Source: a bacterium
GTDB taxonomy: Bacteria; Zhuqueibacterota; Zhuqueibacteria; Residuimicrobiales; Krinioviventaceae
NCBI GenBank assembly: GCA_963675755.2
Contig: CAXXMD010000003.1
Span: 1,248,001-1,312,000, forward strand
Reading direction: 5' to 3'
DNA: 64,000 nt
Shown here: positions 31,299-41,668 of the stretch, piece after piece
Numbering within the stretch: the stretch's first letter is position 1
Layout of the letters: every line of letters starts with the position of its first letter
Notes under the pieces: generated by a model
What the model saw: only the letters and a program-made list of their open reading frames with translations
Databases searched by the model: none
What the model was told of the DNA's origin: nothing
Program-made: the position numbers and the translations under genes

Positions 31299-32447
31299 TT
31301 ATTTTTTCCGAATCGACTTTTTATAATCCTTGACCATTTTACCGAACGACTTGTCCCGCTTTCGTTTTTCAAGATAAGTCATGTTATAAAATGCAGATTC
31401 TTTTCGGATCTTGAGATAGTTATTATACCTCCCCTGATCAATAAAGCCCTGTTCAACGGCTTCTTTTACGGCACATCCATCTTCATGCACGTGGGTGCAG
31501 TCTTTAAAGCGGCATCCACTTGCAAAAGCAACCAATTCATCAAATGTTTCTTCCAGGCCGGTATCAACAGCAAAATTTTCGAGTTCTCGCATTCCGGGAG
31601 TATCAATAAATAAACTTCCGGATTCCAGACGGACTAGCTCTCTCCTTACGGTTGTATGCCTGCCTTTGCTGTCTTTTTCTCTGATCTCACTTACTCTGAA
31701 CTGCTGTCCACCCAACAGTTTGTTGAGCAATGTGGTCTTGCCAACACCGGACGAACCTAAAAGACAATAGGTTTTGCCGGATTGAAGCACTTTCCGTAAT
31801 GTTTCAATGCCATCATCGCTTACATTACTGATAGGCAAAAACAGGTATTTATCACTAAAACGTTGAATCTTTTCTTTAATTTCAGCCAGCTCATCCTCGG
31901 AAATTAAATCAATTTTGCTTAGAATAATGATTGGCTGTATTTTGCTTTCACTGGCCATAACAAAATACCTTTCCAATCGATTCAAATTGAAATTCAAATC
32001 AACAGATTGCATGATAAATGCATAATCAATGTTGGCTGCAATCAATTGAAACGCTACAACTTTTCCGGGATCTTTACGCTTTAATAATGATTTTCGGGGT
32101 AATACATGATGAATTATTGCCAGAGAATCATCAAAACATTGTACAACTACCCAGTCTCCCACGGTGGGGTAATCAACACTGTTTTCAACATTAAATAAAA
32201 ACTTGCCCGACAACTCGGCAAACATTTCAATCCGGCCATTACTTATATTATAATTACTCTTGTTTACATTAATAACTCTGGCCAGGGTAAAATCATCTTT
32301 AATATATTCTTTACTATTTAACTCAAACCACTCGTCAAAACCTAGCTTTTCAAGCAAATTTTCTGATAACTTATTTTCAGTTTTTGTATTATTTGTATTA
32401 GAATTAGTGTGTATGTCCTTTATTTGTTGTTCCTGTAAATTTGACAT
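31299..32447 (-). CDS. rsgA: Ribosome small subunit-dependent GTPase A
   Basis: VGDWV, SKIDL, GSSGVGKTT, GRHTT, DTPG, CRFKDCTH..EDGC zinc site. Confidence 0.92.
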   Translation of the reverse strand: MSNLQEQQIKDIHTNSNTNNTKTENKLSENLLEKLGFDEWFELNSKEYIKDDFTLARVINVNKSNYNISNGRIEMFAELSGKFLFNVENSVDYPTVGDWVVVQCFDDSLAIIHHVLPRKSLLKRKDPGKVVAFQLIAANIDYAFIMQSVDLNFNLNRLERYFVMASESKIQPIIILSKIDLISEDELAEIKEKIQRFSDKYLFLPISNVSDDGIETLRKVLQSGKTYCLLGSSGVGKTTLLNKLLGGQQFRVSEIREKDSKGRHTTVRRELVRLESGSLFIDTPGMRELENFAVDTGLEETFDELVAFASGCRFKDCTHVHEDGCAVKEAVEQGFIDQGRYNNYLKIRKESAFYNMTYLEKRKRDKSFGKMVKDYKKSIRKK

Positions 32448-32654
32448 TTTTATCTCCAGGTAAAAATATTCGGTTGTTAGATTTATTGAATTTTTCTCCT
32501 AAAAGATATCTCACAATCTCTGTTCTATTACGCATAAAAAACATTCTCCTTTGTATTGACCAATTAAAAATTTAATCTCACAATTATACTAATTTAAATC
32601 ATATTTGTTACAAAAAAATCGAAATCCCTTACAATTAATTGCTTTACAGAATTG

Positions 32655-33701
32655 CTATTTTTCTTCATTTTTCATAACAGTCAAACGCCGGTTCATTCCC
32701 TGCAAAGCTACAAGATGCGAACGTTCTATTGAACCATCACTGAACAGTAAAACATCTATGGAAACCACACCACCAACGGTATTGCACTTGAATACATAAT
32801 CCGCCAGCCAGTCACGGTCATACCGTAATCCTGCATCACACCATTGCTTGCCAAGATAGGAAAGTGTATGCCACTGTACGCCATCTATCCATCGTGATTC
32901 AGGGATTTCGCCAAACTCGTTGTTTTCACCTGTGGTGAAATCATCTTCAAGTGTTGAAGAATTTGCATGCTGCATGGTTGGATTGTTTAATGCTATAATA
33001 CGTTTAGAATTACCAGCACGAAGGGCTTTTGCAAGTATAGTCCAACGTTTTTGATTATAGTCAAGATGATCGTAACAACCATCGACCCACCAACCAGCGA
33101 CTTTATCTTTATATCGTTCACCATATTCTTTAACCACATCCGCCCAATTTTGAACATATTCATCCGTAACTTTACCATTCCAGCCGCCCATACCGTCTGA
33201 GGCCTGCTTATCCTGTCGCGGACCATCACCCGTCCAGTAGAGCATTAATGTTATATTATACTTTTCAAGGGATTCAATCAAATCCATCACCAGATCGCGT
33301 TCTGAACAGGCTTCTCCGGGCTTGTAACCGGTCAGTTTGTCATAGGTATCATTGGGAGCGATCAGATAGCGTGTTCTCTGCATCATGGTAAAAATCACAT
33401 ATCGGGCCCCTGTTGATGCAATGTCAGTCGCAAATTGTTCTGTATCAAAATTGTTTACACATTCATTCCAGGAGGTACTCTGTTCCGTATTGGAAATACG
33501 CAAACCAACACACTGACAATCATATAAAAAATGAACAAAGACGCCCCACCCCGCCTCACTAAACCAGTCGGTATTACCCTGTCTTTCCACAGGGATCCGA
33601 CATTCACCTTTGGGAATATCAAGGTTTACCCGTTGATATTGAGCGTTACTATTTGCTGTAATTACTACCAACAATACCAATATCAAAATATATTTATTCA
33701 T
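32655..33701 (-). CDS. Secreted GH29-like (alpha-L-fucosidase-fold) glycoside hydrolase
   Basis: Signal peptide; WFSEAGWGVFVHF and GWWVDG resemble GH29 WF..AKFG.FIHW and WFDG. Substrate uncertain. Confidence 0.6.
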   Translation of the reverse strand: MNKYILILVLLVVITANSNAQYQRVNLDIPKGECRIPVERQGNTDWFSEAGWGVFVHFLYDCQCVGLRISNTEQSTSWNECVNNFDTEQFATDIASTGARYVIFTMMQRTRYLIAPNDTYDKLTGYKPGEACSERDLVMDLIESLEKYNITLMLYWTGDGPRQDKQASDGMGGWNGKVTDEYVQNWADVVKEYGERYKDKVAGWWVDGCYDHLDYNQKRWTILAKALRAGNSKRIIALNNPTMQHANSSTLEDDFTTGENNEFGEIPESRWIDGVQWHTLSYLGKQWCDAGLRYDRDWLADYVFKCNTVGGVVSIDVLLFSDGSIERSHLVALQGMNRRLTVMKNEEK

Positions 33702-33822
33702 AATGACAGTCCTCTTCTAAGGAAAGAGCTGTTGGAAATGATTAAAATCAACAAAACCCGGTGTGAAACTAGCCTGACATCCTCCGGTGGGTGAATGCCG
33801 GGCTATTGTAATATATCAAAAA

Positions 33823-34770
33823 TCATGAAAACTGTAACCAGAGAAATACACCATAAACAACTATCAGCAAAACCCCTTCTAAACGGGTGATTTTGAATTT
33901 ACTGATCATCATGGGTAGAAACGCGATGGTAAGCCCCAGCATAAAGAGATAGTCAAATTTCAATAATGAGGGTTCTACCGGAATGGGATAAATTATAGAT
34001 ACAATTGCAATAACAAATAAAACATTAAACAAGTTGCTGCCAACCGCATTACCCACAGCAAGATCAACTTCTCCCCGATATGCGCCAACAGAAGAGATGG
34101 CCAGTTCAGGCAAAGATGTTCCAACCGCAACCAGAGTCATGCCGATGATAATGGGAGGTACACCCAACTGCTCGGCAATTTGTGTTGCGGAATTGACCAT
34201 CATGGTCGATCCGCCTATTAATCCCACCAATCCAAATACAATGTAAACGATATTCAGCCATTGTGCCCGCTGTTTTTTATGTGTTGGAATGTCATCAAAA
34301 AACGCACTGCCGGCGTTACGGTCTTTTTGCGCCAACCGGATCATATAACCAATAAAAAGGACAAATCCAACCAACAGTATCAATCCGTCTTTATAATCCA
34401 AAACCTTGTCCAGACTAAGCACATAAAACAAAACCGTTGTAAGAATCAGATACGGCATTTCACGCTTGATGGTATTGATTTGTATTGTCAAGGGACGTAT
34501 TACCGCGGCAACGCCAATTACCAGGGCAATATTGGCAATATTGCTTCCGATAATATTACCCAATGCAATATCTTTGGTTCCCTGTATGGCTGAAAGCAAA
34601 CTCACCGCCAGCTCGGGAGACGATGTACCCATGGCGACGATGGTAAATCCAATAATCAAGGGACGAATTCCAATCTTTAACGCCAGACTGGAAGAACCCG
34701 AAACCAGGGCTTCTGCGCCTATATATAATAATCCGATACCAACAATAAATAAAACAACCAGCAATACCAT
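33823..34770 (-). CDS. Calcium/sodium antiporter (YrbG family)
   Basis: Alpha repeats GTSSPEL/GNIIGSNIAN and GTSLPEL/GNAVGSNLFN. Confidence 0.92.
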   Translation of the reverse strand: MVLLVVLFIVGIGLLYIGAEALVSGSSSLALKIGIRPLIIGFTIVAMGTSSPELAVSLLSAIQGTKDIALGNIIGSNIANIALVIGVAAVIRPLTIQINTIKREMPYLILTTVLFYVLSLDKVLDYKDGLILLVGFVLFIGYMIRLAQKDRNAGSAFFDDIPTHKKQRAQWLNIVYIVFGLVGLIGGSTMMVNSATQIAEQLGVPPIIIGMTLVAVGTSLPELAISSVGAYRGEVDLAVGNAVGSNLFNVLFVIAIVSIIYPIPVEPSLLKFDYLFMLGLTIAFLPMMISKFKITRLEGVLLIVVYGVFLWLQFS

Positions 34771-34771
34771 A

Positions 34772-35350
34772 CTATTTAAACACCTTTCGGCTTCCGGGTT
34801 TAACAACTTCTAATCCCTGTTCACACAAGGGACAGTTTTCCGGTTGGTAGGTAATCACATCCATTGCAAAAACAGAGAAAAACGGCACATCAAAATCCGC
34901 TTTGCCGCCACTTCTGTCTACAATAAAAGCAGCTCCAACAACCTCAGCACCCAGATCCTGCGCAAGTTTAATCACTTCTTTGACAGAGCCACCGGTTGTA
35001 ACCACATCTTCAACGGCCAACACTCTTTCACCGGGATTTATCTCAAATCCCCTACGGAGAACCATTTCGCTCTCTTGTCTCTCAGCAAATATTGCACGCC
35101 TACCCAATAACCTGCCTACTTCCTGACCGGCGACAATACCACCAATTGCGGGAGATATAACACAATCTACATTCTGATCTTTAAAATGATCTGCAATAAC
35201 CTGGCAGAGACGTTCAGCATAAGCGGGATACTGCAAAACTTTGGCGCACTGAAAGTATTGAGCGCTGTGAAGTCCGGATGTCAGTTTAAAATGACCATCC
35301 AGTAAAGCACCGGAATCTTTGAACATTTGTATTGCTGTATCTTTATCCAT
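34772..35350 (-). CDS. pyrE: Orotate phosphoribosyltransferase
   Basis: GHFKLTSGLHS, VEDVVTTGGS. Confidence 0.95.
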   Translation of the reverse strand: MDKDTAIQMFKDSGALLDGHFKLTSGLHSAQYFQCAKVLQYPAYAERLCQVIADHFKDQNVDCVISPAIGGIVAGQEVGRLLGRRAIFAERQESEMVLRRGFEINPGERVLAVEDVVTTGGSVKEVIKLAQDLGAEVVGAAFIVDRSGGKADFDVPFFSVFAMDVITYQPENCPLCEQGLEVVKPGSRKVFK

Positions 35351-35415
35351 AAATAACCCTTTAATCTTGATAAATACATCAAATATATGTGAACAACAGT
35401 TTCCTAAACTGTGGG

Positions 35416-36228
35416 TCAGGAACGTGCCGCATTTAATGCGTTTTGAGTATCCATTGCTGCTTTTGCCGCAGCCTCGGCAAAATCGGTACCAGAAGAAGCA
35501 TAAATAATAGCTCTGCTGGAATTGAACAAAGCCATAGATCCGTTTTCATCCGTACCATTTTTCACTGACGCTTCCAGGTCACCTCCCTGCGCTCCAATGC
35601 CAGGTATTAACAAGGGTAACGAAGGAACGATCTTGCGTATTCCTGCTAATTCATCGGGATGCGTTGCGCCAACAACCAGTCCGCAATTATTTTTATCATT
35701 CCAGCGATAAACGGTCCTGGCCATTTTTTCATACAGTTTTTCATCTCCATCCGAAAAATATTGAAAATCCTTTGAACCGGGATTCGAAGTCAGGCACAGA
35801 AAAAAAACTCCTTTTTCCGTATGCTCCAGAAACGGGGCCGCGGAATCACTTCCCATATATGCGTTAACGGTGACAGCATCCGCGTTCAAATAATCAAACA
35901 CAGATCTTGCGTACATTTTTGCCGTATTGCCAATATCTCCGCGTTTTGCGTCTGCTATTTTTACAACATTGTCCGGCAGATAATCAAACGTCTTTTTTAA
36001 AGCTGTCCATCCTTCCACTCCATACGCTTCATAAAATGCTGTGTTTACCTTGAAAGCAGCAGCGTAATCTGCAGTTGCGTCTATTATTGCCTTGTTGAAT
36101 TCGAACAAGGGCTCTGAAGCATTTTTCAAATGATCCGGTATTTTTTCAAGGACCGTATCTAATCCTACACATAACAGCGAATTTTGTTTATCAATGCAAT
36201 TTTTTACTTTATTAATAAATGATGGCAT
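35416..36228 (-). CDS. pyrF: Orotidine-5'-phosphate decarboxylase
   Basis: LCVGLD, DAKRGDIGNT, PGIGAQGG, NSSRAI. Confidence 0.95.
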   Translation of the reverse strand: MPSFINKVKNCIDKQNSLLCVGLDTVLEKIPDHLKNASEPLFEFNKAIIDATADYAAAFKVNTAFYEAYGVEGWTALKKTFDYLPDNVVKIADAKRGDIGNTAKMYARSVFDYLNADAVTVNAYMGSDSAAPFLEHTEKGVFFLCLTSNPGSKDFQYFSDGDEKLYEKMARTVYRWNDKNNCGLVVGATHPDELAGIRKIVPSLPLLIPGIGAQGGDLEASVKNGTDENGSMALFNSSRAIIYASSGTDFAEAAAKAAMDTQNALNAARS

Positions 36229-36235
36229 TTTAACC

Positions 36236-36718
36236 TCATAAATAGATGATTTCAGGTTTTGGGGCGCTTTCCCCGTTCAACGTCAGTATCATTACACTGG
36301 GTCCCTTATTACTTCGGGGTTGGCTGACAGAACCAGGATTCAGAGTCCATTCTTTTCCGTTATCCACAATTTCAGCATAATGGGTATGTCCAAATATACG
36401 GAACAATCCTTTATCATATTCAATCGCATCCAGTTTGGTTGGCATATGAGTCAGTGTAAATGTATATCCTTCCAACCGAATCTCTCGTAAAAACACCAAC
36501 CGACGCCTGACATCTTCGGGGTCCACATTACCATAAACAGCATAAACCGGTGCAATGGTTTCCAGTTCAATAATAATGTCCCAATTGCCCACATCTCCTG
36601 CATGAAAAATCAGGTCCACATCTTTGAACAGCTTGTGAACGCTGTTGGGCAAACTGCCATGTGTGTCAGATATGATTCCGATGCGTTTTGTAGTACCAGC
36701 AGATTTGGTTTCACTCAT
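36236..36718 (-). CDS. YfcE/MJ0936-family metallophosphoesterase
   Basis: SDTHG, HAGD, GNVD, GHTH, NPGS. Confidence 0.9.
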   Translation of the reverse strand: MSETKSAGTTKRIGIISDTHGSLPNSVHKLFKDVDLIFHAGDVGNWDIIIELETIAPVYAVYGNVDPEDVRRRLVFLREIRLEGYTFTLTHMPTKLDAIEYDKGLFRIFGHTHYAEIVDNGKEWTLNPGSVSQPRSNKGPSVMILTLNGESAPKPEIIYL

Positions 36719-36724
36719 GTAATT

Positions 36725-37990
36725 TTAACCGATCTTGTCCGTTCCCATATAATCTCTCAACACCTCAGGAATAACTATACTGCCATCCGGTTGTTGGTAA
36801 TTTTCAAGAATTGCAATCACGGTACGCGGCAAAGCAAGGCCAGATCCGTTCAGTGTATGCGGATACTCGGGCTTGTCTCCCTTTGCACGACGCATACGAA
36901 TATTGGCGCGTCTTGATTGAAAATCTTCAAAATTGCTGCATGATGATACTTCAAGCCACTTTTCAATGCCCGCGGCCCAAACTTCAATATCATAACATTT
37001 AGCCGCAGCAAAACTCAAATCACCGGTAGCCAATGTCAATACACGGTAAGGCAGTTTTAATAATTGCAACACCTCTTCAGCATTACCCAGCAGAGACTCT
37101 AACTCGTCATAAGAGGTTTCGGGTTTGACAAATTTCACCATCTCTACCTTGTTGAACTGATGGATACGCATTAATCCACGGGTGTCTTTACCATAGGCAC
37201 CAGCTTCACGGCGAAAACATGGGGTATATGCGGTATATTTAATAGGCAGATCTTCTCCCTGCAGCATTTCTTCCCGGTGCAGGTTTGTCACAGGAACTTC
37301 TGCAGTGGGGATCAGGAAAAGATCATCAACTTGAGCGTGGTACATGTCTTCTTCAAGCTTGGGCAGTTGACCGGTACCAAACATGGTATCCCGACGGACC
37401 ACAAACGGTGGTAAAATTTCAGTATATCCATGCTTTTCCACATGCAGGTCAATCATAAAATTGATCAATGCACGTTCCAGTTTTGCGCCCAGTCCGCGAT
37501 AGCTAACAAAAAACGATCCGGACATACGAGACGCGCGGTTAAAATCAATAATATCCAACTTTTCTGCAATCTCATGGTGCGGCAGGGGTTTGAATCCCAG
37601 GTCAGGGATATCACCCCAGCGTTTCACTTCTACATTATCCGCTTCACTACCAACAGGCACAGTTTCGTGAGGAATGTTGGGTACCCAGATCAGAATATCA
37701 TGAATCTTTTGCTCTATATCTTTTAATTCTTCAGCCTGGGCTTTGATGCTGTCAGATAAATCCCGCATCTCTTTGATTACATCCGTAGCATCCTGTTTAT
37801 TCTTTTTCAGCTCAGCAATCTGTTGGGTTACCTTGTTCTGCTGCGCTCTTTTGGTTTCGGTTTCGGTTATCATTTCACGTCGTTTCACATCCAGTGCCAA
37901 TAGAGCATCTATATCCGCTTTTTCACGTTTATCTTTTACTGCTTTTTTAACAACATCGGGATTTTCCCGGATAAATTTTAGATCCAGCAT
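36725..37990 (-). CDS. serS: Serine-tRNA ligase
   Basis: N-terminal coiled coil, [30 protein letters not shown]. Confidence 0.97.
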   Translation of the reverse strand: MLDLKFIRENPDVVKKAVKDKREKADIDALLALDVKRREMITETETKRAQQNKVTQQIAELKKNKQDATDVIKEMRDLSDSIKAQAEELKDIEQKIHDILIWVPNIPHETVPVGSEADNVEVKRWGDIPDLGFKPLPHHEIAEKLDIIDFNRASRMSGSFFVSYRGLGAKLERALINFMIDLHVEKHGYTEILPPFVVRRDTMFGTGQLPKLEEDMYHAQVDDLFLIPTAEVPVTNLHREEMLQGEDLPIKYTAYTPCFRREAGAYGKDTRGLMRIHQFNKVEMVKFVKPETSYDELESLLGNAEEVLQLLKLPYRVLTLATGDLSFAAAKCYDIEVWAAGIEKWLEVSSCSNFEDFQSRRANIRMRRAKGDKPEYPHTLNGSGLALPRTVIAILENYQQPDGSIVIPEVLRDYMGTDKIG

Positions 37991-38003
37991 ATCACTTCCT
38001 CTT

Positions 38004-39404
38004 TTATTGTCCCTTGCCCTTGATTACGACAAGTATAGTAAACACCAATATTCTCAAATCCAAACTTATAGATAAATTATCAATATAATAGAGATCAAAT
38101 TCCAGTTTTTCTTTTACCTGTTCAATCGTAGTATCATACTCTCCCTTAACCTGTGCCCAGCCGGTAATACCGGGTTTTACACGCAATCTGCGGGTATAAA
38201 AGGGATATTCCCGTTTTAATCGGTCTACAAAATAAGGGCGTTCCGGTCTCGGCCCCACAATACTCATGTGACCATATAGCACATTGAACAACTGGGGCAA
38301 CTCGTCTATACGGGTTTTTCGCATAAACCGTCCCATGCGGGTAATCCGGGGGTCTTTTTCTCCCGCCCAAACCGGTCCGGTCAGTTTTTCCGCATCCTGA
38401 ACCATGGAACGAAATTTATATATCGTAAAAATACGACCGTTTTTCCCAACGCGTTTTTGACTGAAAAGAATAGGGCCGCGGGAATCCAATTTTATTAAAA
38501 GAGAAGTCAAGATCAACACAGGTGACAAAAGGATTAATGCAATCAAAGAAATGGATAAATCCATTAATCGCTTTACCTGGTGCTCCCAGGGCTTCATAAT
38601 TTGTGGATGGATTTCAATAAGCGGGAATCCATAAATTTGCTGTGTACGTGCCTGCCCCAGTACAATCTGGTACATATCCGGTTCAATCTTTAGATTGACC
38701 TGCAAATCTTCACACTGCGCAATGGCGTTCATTACATTTTTAGGGGTGGATTTGCCCAGACATATGATAACTTCTTCTACTTTATTCTTTTCAACCAGGG
38801 CCTTGATCTTTTTCAAATGTCCCAAGACCTTTAAATCATTATAGGCTTCACCGATCTCGCTTTTGTGCAAGCTCACAAATCCTATAACATGGTATCCCAA
38901 TGCAGGGAATTTCTTAATCTTGTCAGCAAGTTCTTTGGATTTATCATTCCAACCTATGATCAAAGTATTCTTTTGCCAAATACCATGTTCAAGCATTTTG
39001 CGATGCAGTGTATGGAGTATCATTCTACCTCCACCCACAACAATAAGCAAAATCACCCAATAACTAAAAACCAGAATTCGTCCCATAGAAAAAGGATTGG
39101 ACAAGTCTTTTTCAGGTTCTATGGTCAGAACAAAGATCATTAATATTCCAAAGCTAACAGCTTTGAAAACGGACATAAATTCATCAAATCGGGATTTGGT
39201 ATACCAGGATTGATACAGACCAAAAAATAAAAAAAGCAGCAACCAGAACAGATAGATAAACACGGATACCTGTAAGCGTGCAGCCAGGCTTTGCTCAACA
39301 AACAAATTGGCCGCGTAACGTAACCGTAATAATGCAAAAAATGCGATGTTCACTGTAATGAAATCCATCGCAAAAAGAAATATTTTTTCAAGGGTTTTAG
39401 GCAT
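38004..39404 (-). CDS. Polyprenyl-phosphate sugar phosphotransferase (WcaJ/WbaP family priming enzyme)
   Basis: N-terminal TMs and CoA-binding-like domain; [28 protein letters not shown]. Confidence 0.92.
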   Translation of the reverse strand: MPKTLEKIFLFAMDFITVNIAFFALLRLRYAANLFVEQSLAARLQVSVFIYLFWLLLFLFFGLYQSWYTKSRFDEFMSVFKAVSFGILMIFVLTIEPEKDLSNPFSMGRILVFSYWVILLIVVGGGRMILHTLHRKMLEHGIWQKNTLIIGWNDKSKELADKIKKFPALGYHVIGFVSLHKSEIGEAYNDLKVLGHLKKIKALVEKNKVEEVIICLGKSTPKNVMNAIAQCEDLQVNLKIEPDMYQIVLGQARTQQIYGFPLIEIHPQIMKPWEHQVKRLMDLSISLIALILLSPVLILTSLLIKLDSRGPILFSQKRVGKNGRIFTIYKFRSMVQDAEKLTGPVWAGEKDPRITRMGRFMRKTRIDELPQLFNVLYGHMSIVGPRPERPYFVDRLKREYPFYTRRLRVKPGITGWAQVKGEYDTTIEQVKEKLEFDLYYIDNLSISLDLRILVFTILVVIKGKGQ

Positions 39405-39429
39405 ATACTCTCTTTAGATATCAGATTAA

Positions 39430-39458
39430 AATATAATCATGTTATTTATTTTTTACAA
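39430..39458 (-). promoter_or_regulatory. Putative promoter TTGTAA-N17-TATATT
   Basis: Matches the window-wide motif; upstream of the sugar transferase-serS-pyrFE run. Confidence 0.5.
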
Positions 39459-39494
39459 ATCTTTTATCTAAAAGAATAGGATTACCTCTGGCTG

Positions 39495-40418
39495 TTAGTG
39501 ATAATCAGAATAAAACTGCATTGCCATTTGCAACAAGCTCATTTCCCCGGTCATATTATACAGAGTTATCAATTGATCAAAATGAATAGTATGATAATGT
39601 GGGTCAACATGCTTGTGTCTTAAACAGTAACAGCTTGATCCACCTTCATTACGGTATTCCGGCAAATAACGCTCTATTGTAGTAATAGAAGCATCTAATA
39701 ATTCTTTACACTCGGCATCGTTTGTAAGCATATAATAATCATACAAGCCATAAATTGCAAAAATAAATCCGTTCAAAACCCTGTCAGGAATATCCAGAGG
39801 GTATTCTTCGATCCAGTAATAATTGTTTTCGTCAATAAATGCTGTATATAATTCATCATCTGCAGTTCTTAAATTCTTAAAACTATTTAAAATCAATGAT
39901 GCAAAACTGAGGTATTTTTCATTATGGGTTTCAATATATAACCGGGAAAACAAGGACAACGCTAATCCCTGAGCCATACCAGAATACCAAGGGGCATTAA
40001 GTGGAGAATCTTTATATCCATGAGCAAAGATATCAAAATCATATGAAAAATATTTGGCCCCTCTATAATCGATTGCAAGTTCCATCATTTTATCTGCAAA
40101 CAGCTCGGTCCGGTTTAAATAATTTTGTATACCGGTTTGTTTATAACTGTCAAGAAAATAAAGCATCCACTGCGTCATATTTACCGGATGATAGTATAAT
40201 TCACCATTGATATTAAACATCATAACACCCGAGCTATCCACCGGATAGTTTACTTCAGTGGAAGCTGTTGTTTTATATGCATAGGGATCCTGATTTCTTT
40301 CCAAAACCTTATATTGGTACACATTACTTTCATAGATTTTTTCAGGACTTGTAGTCGTATCACAACCTACAACCCATATTAAAAGTAAACTCAAAAAACT
40401 TTTTACAATTATCTTCAT
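39495..40418 (-). CDS. Lipoprotein with D-glucuronyl C5-epimerase C-terminal-like domain
   Basis: Lipobox VVGC; WYSGMAQG, EEYP, VLNGFIFAIYGLYDY, YHTIHFDQL motifs. Confidence 0.75.
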   Translation of the reverse strand: MKIIVKSFLSLLLIWVVGCDTTTSPEKIYESNVYQYKVLERNQDPYAYKTTASTEVNYPVDSSGVMMFNINGELYYHPVNMTQWMLYFLDSYKQTGIQNYLNRTELFADKMMELAIDYRGAKYFSYDFDIFAHGYKDSPLNAPWYSGMAQGLALSLFSRLYIETHNEKYLSFASLILNSFKNLRTADDELYTAFIDENNYYWIEEYPLDIPDRVLNGFIFAIYGLYDYYMLTNDAECKELLDASITTIERYLPEYRNEGGSSCYCLRHKHVDPHYHTIHFDQLITLYNMTGEMSLLQMAMQFYSDYH

Positions 40419-40437
40419 TGCTTATTTCCCCCTGGAA

Positions 40438-41646
40438 TTATTTAATAACATCATTAAACTTTTTGATTAGAGTAATTTTTGAATAATTTGTTTTTACAAA
40501 TTTCACTGCATTATTACCATATTCTCGAGTTGTTTTCGTATTGTTATAAAAGTTAATAACTGCCTTTGCCAACTCTATTTCATTTTCCGGTGAAACCGAT
40601 ACACCTCCTCCGCTTTCTTCCAGAACATCTCTGCCTTCACCTATCAATGTAGATAAAACAGGTTTGCCGCAGGCCATATATTCAAACATTTTGGATGGAA
40701 GTGCGTTTTTAAACAAATCAAGATCCTTTAATGGTACCAAACAAACATCGGCAATTGAAATAATTTTAGGCATAACAGAAAAGGGTTGTTCTTTGTCAAA
40801 AATAATATTCGTCAAGCCCATTTTAGCTTTCATTTGAACAAGCTTGTCTTTTTCAACACCTGAACCGATAAAAAGGAACCTTATATTTTCATGGTCCTTG
40901 AGGATTTGAGCCGCTTTAATTACAGTATCCAAGCCTTGCGCAAGACCGTGATTGCCAGAAAATAGCACAACAAATTTATCAATTAAATCGTATTTTTGTT
41001 TCAGCTCTGTGTTCGCTGAACATGGATAAAAATGGTCAACATCTACACCATTCGGTAAAGGAACAATCTTTTCAGCTGTAACACCCTTTTCCATCAGTCT
41101 GTCTTTAAATCCTGGTACGGCAACAGAAATGATTTGAGCTTTACGATACAATAATAATTCCATTTTCTCAGCCAGAGAATAACTCAATCCTTTATTCATC
41201 TCTCCTAATGAAAAGGCAGATTCCGGCCATAAATCACGTACATCAAATACAAATTTAGCGTTCACAAATTTACTGATTAGCAATCCGGCTATTCCCACAA
41301 ACAGTGGTGGCGAAGTGGCTATCACAATATCATATTGGGGTAACGTTAAACCTTTGAGGATTGCGGATATCATGAACGAGATGTAAAATTTTATGCGTTG
41401 TACATTGGTTTTACGTGGATTTGCGGTTACATATGAACGGATCACATCAATTCCGTCCACTTTTTCAGCGAACCACAATTTACCCTTGTATTTTTTTTCC
41501 ACTATCCCTGTAGGATAATTGGGAATTTCACATAATACGGTAACATTATGTCCAAAACCGCGCAGATGTCTGGCAATGCTGCTCATGCGCGTTGCCAATG
41601 CGCCTACTTCCGGGGGATAGTATTGTGATACAATTAATATATTCAA
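40438..41646 (-). CDS. GT4 glycosyltransferase (WbuB-like)
   Basis: QYYPPE, PNYPTG, DVRDLWPES, PSKMFEYMACGKPV. Confidence 0.9.
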   Translation of the reverse strand: MNILIVSQYYPPEVGALATRMSSIARHLRGFGHNVTVLCEIPNYPTGIVEKKYKGKLWFAEKVDGIDVIRSYVTANPRKTNVQRIKFYISFMISAILKGLTLPQYDIVIATSPPLFVGIAGLLISKFVNAKFVFDVRDLWPESAFSLGEMNKGLSYSLAEKMELLLYRKAQIISVAVPGFKDRLMEKGVTAEKIVPLPNGVDVDHFYPCSANTELKQKYDLIDKFVVLFSGNHGLAQGLDTVIKAAQILKDHENIRFLFIGSGVEKDKLVQMKAKMGLTNIIFDKEQPFSVMPKIISIADVCLVPLKDLDLFKNALPSKMFEYMACGKPVLSTLIGEGRDVLEESGGGVSVSPENEIELAKAVINFYNNTKTTREYGNNAVKFVKTNYSKITLIKKFNDVIK

Positions 41647-41668
41647 TGAATTTTCTTATTTAAAATTA

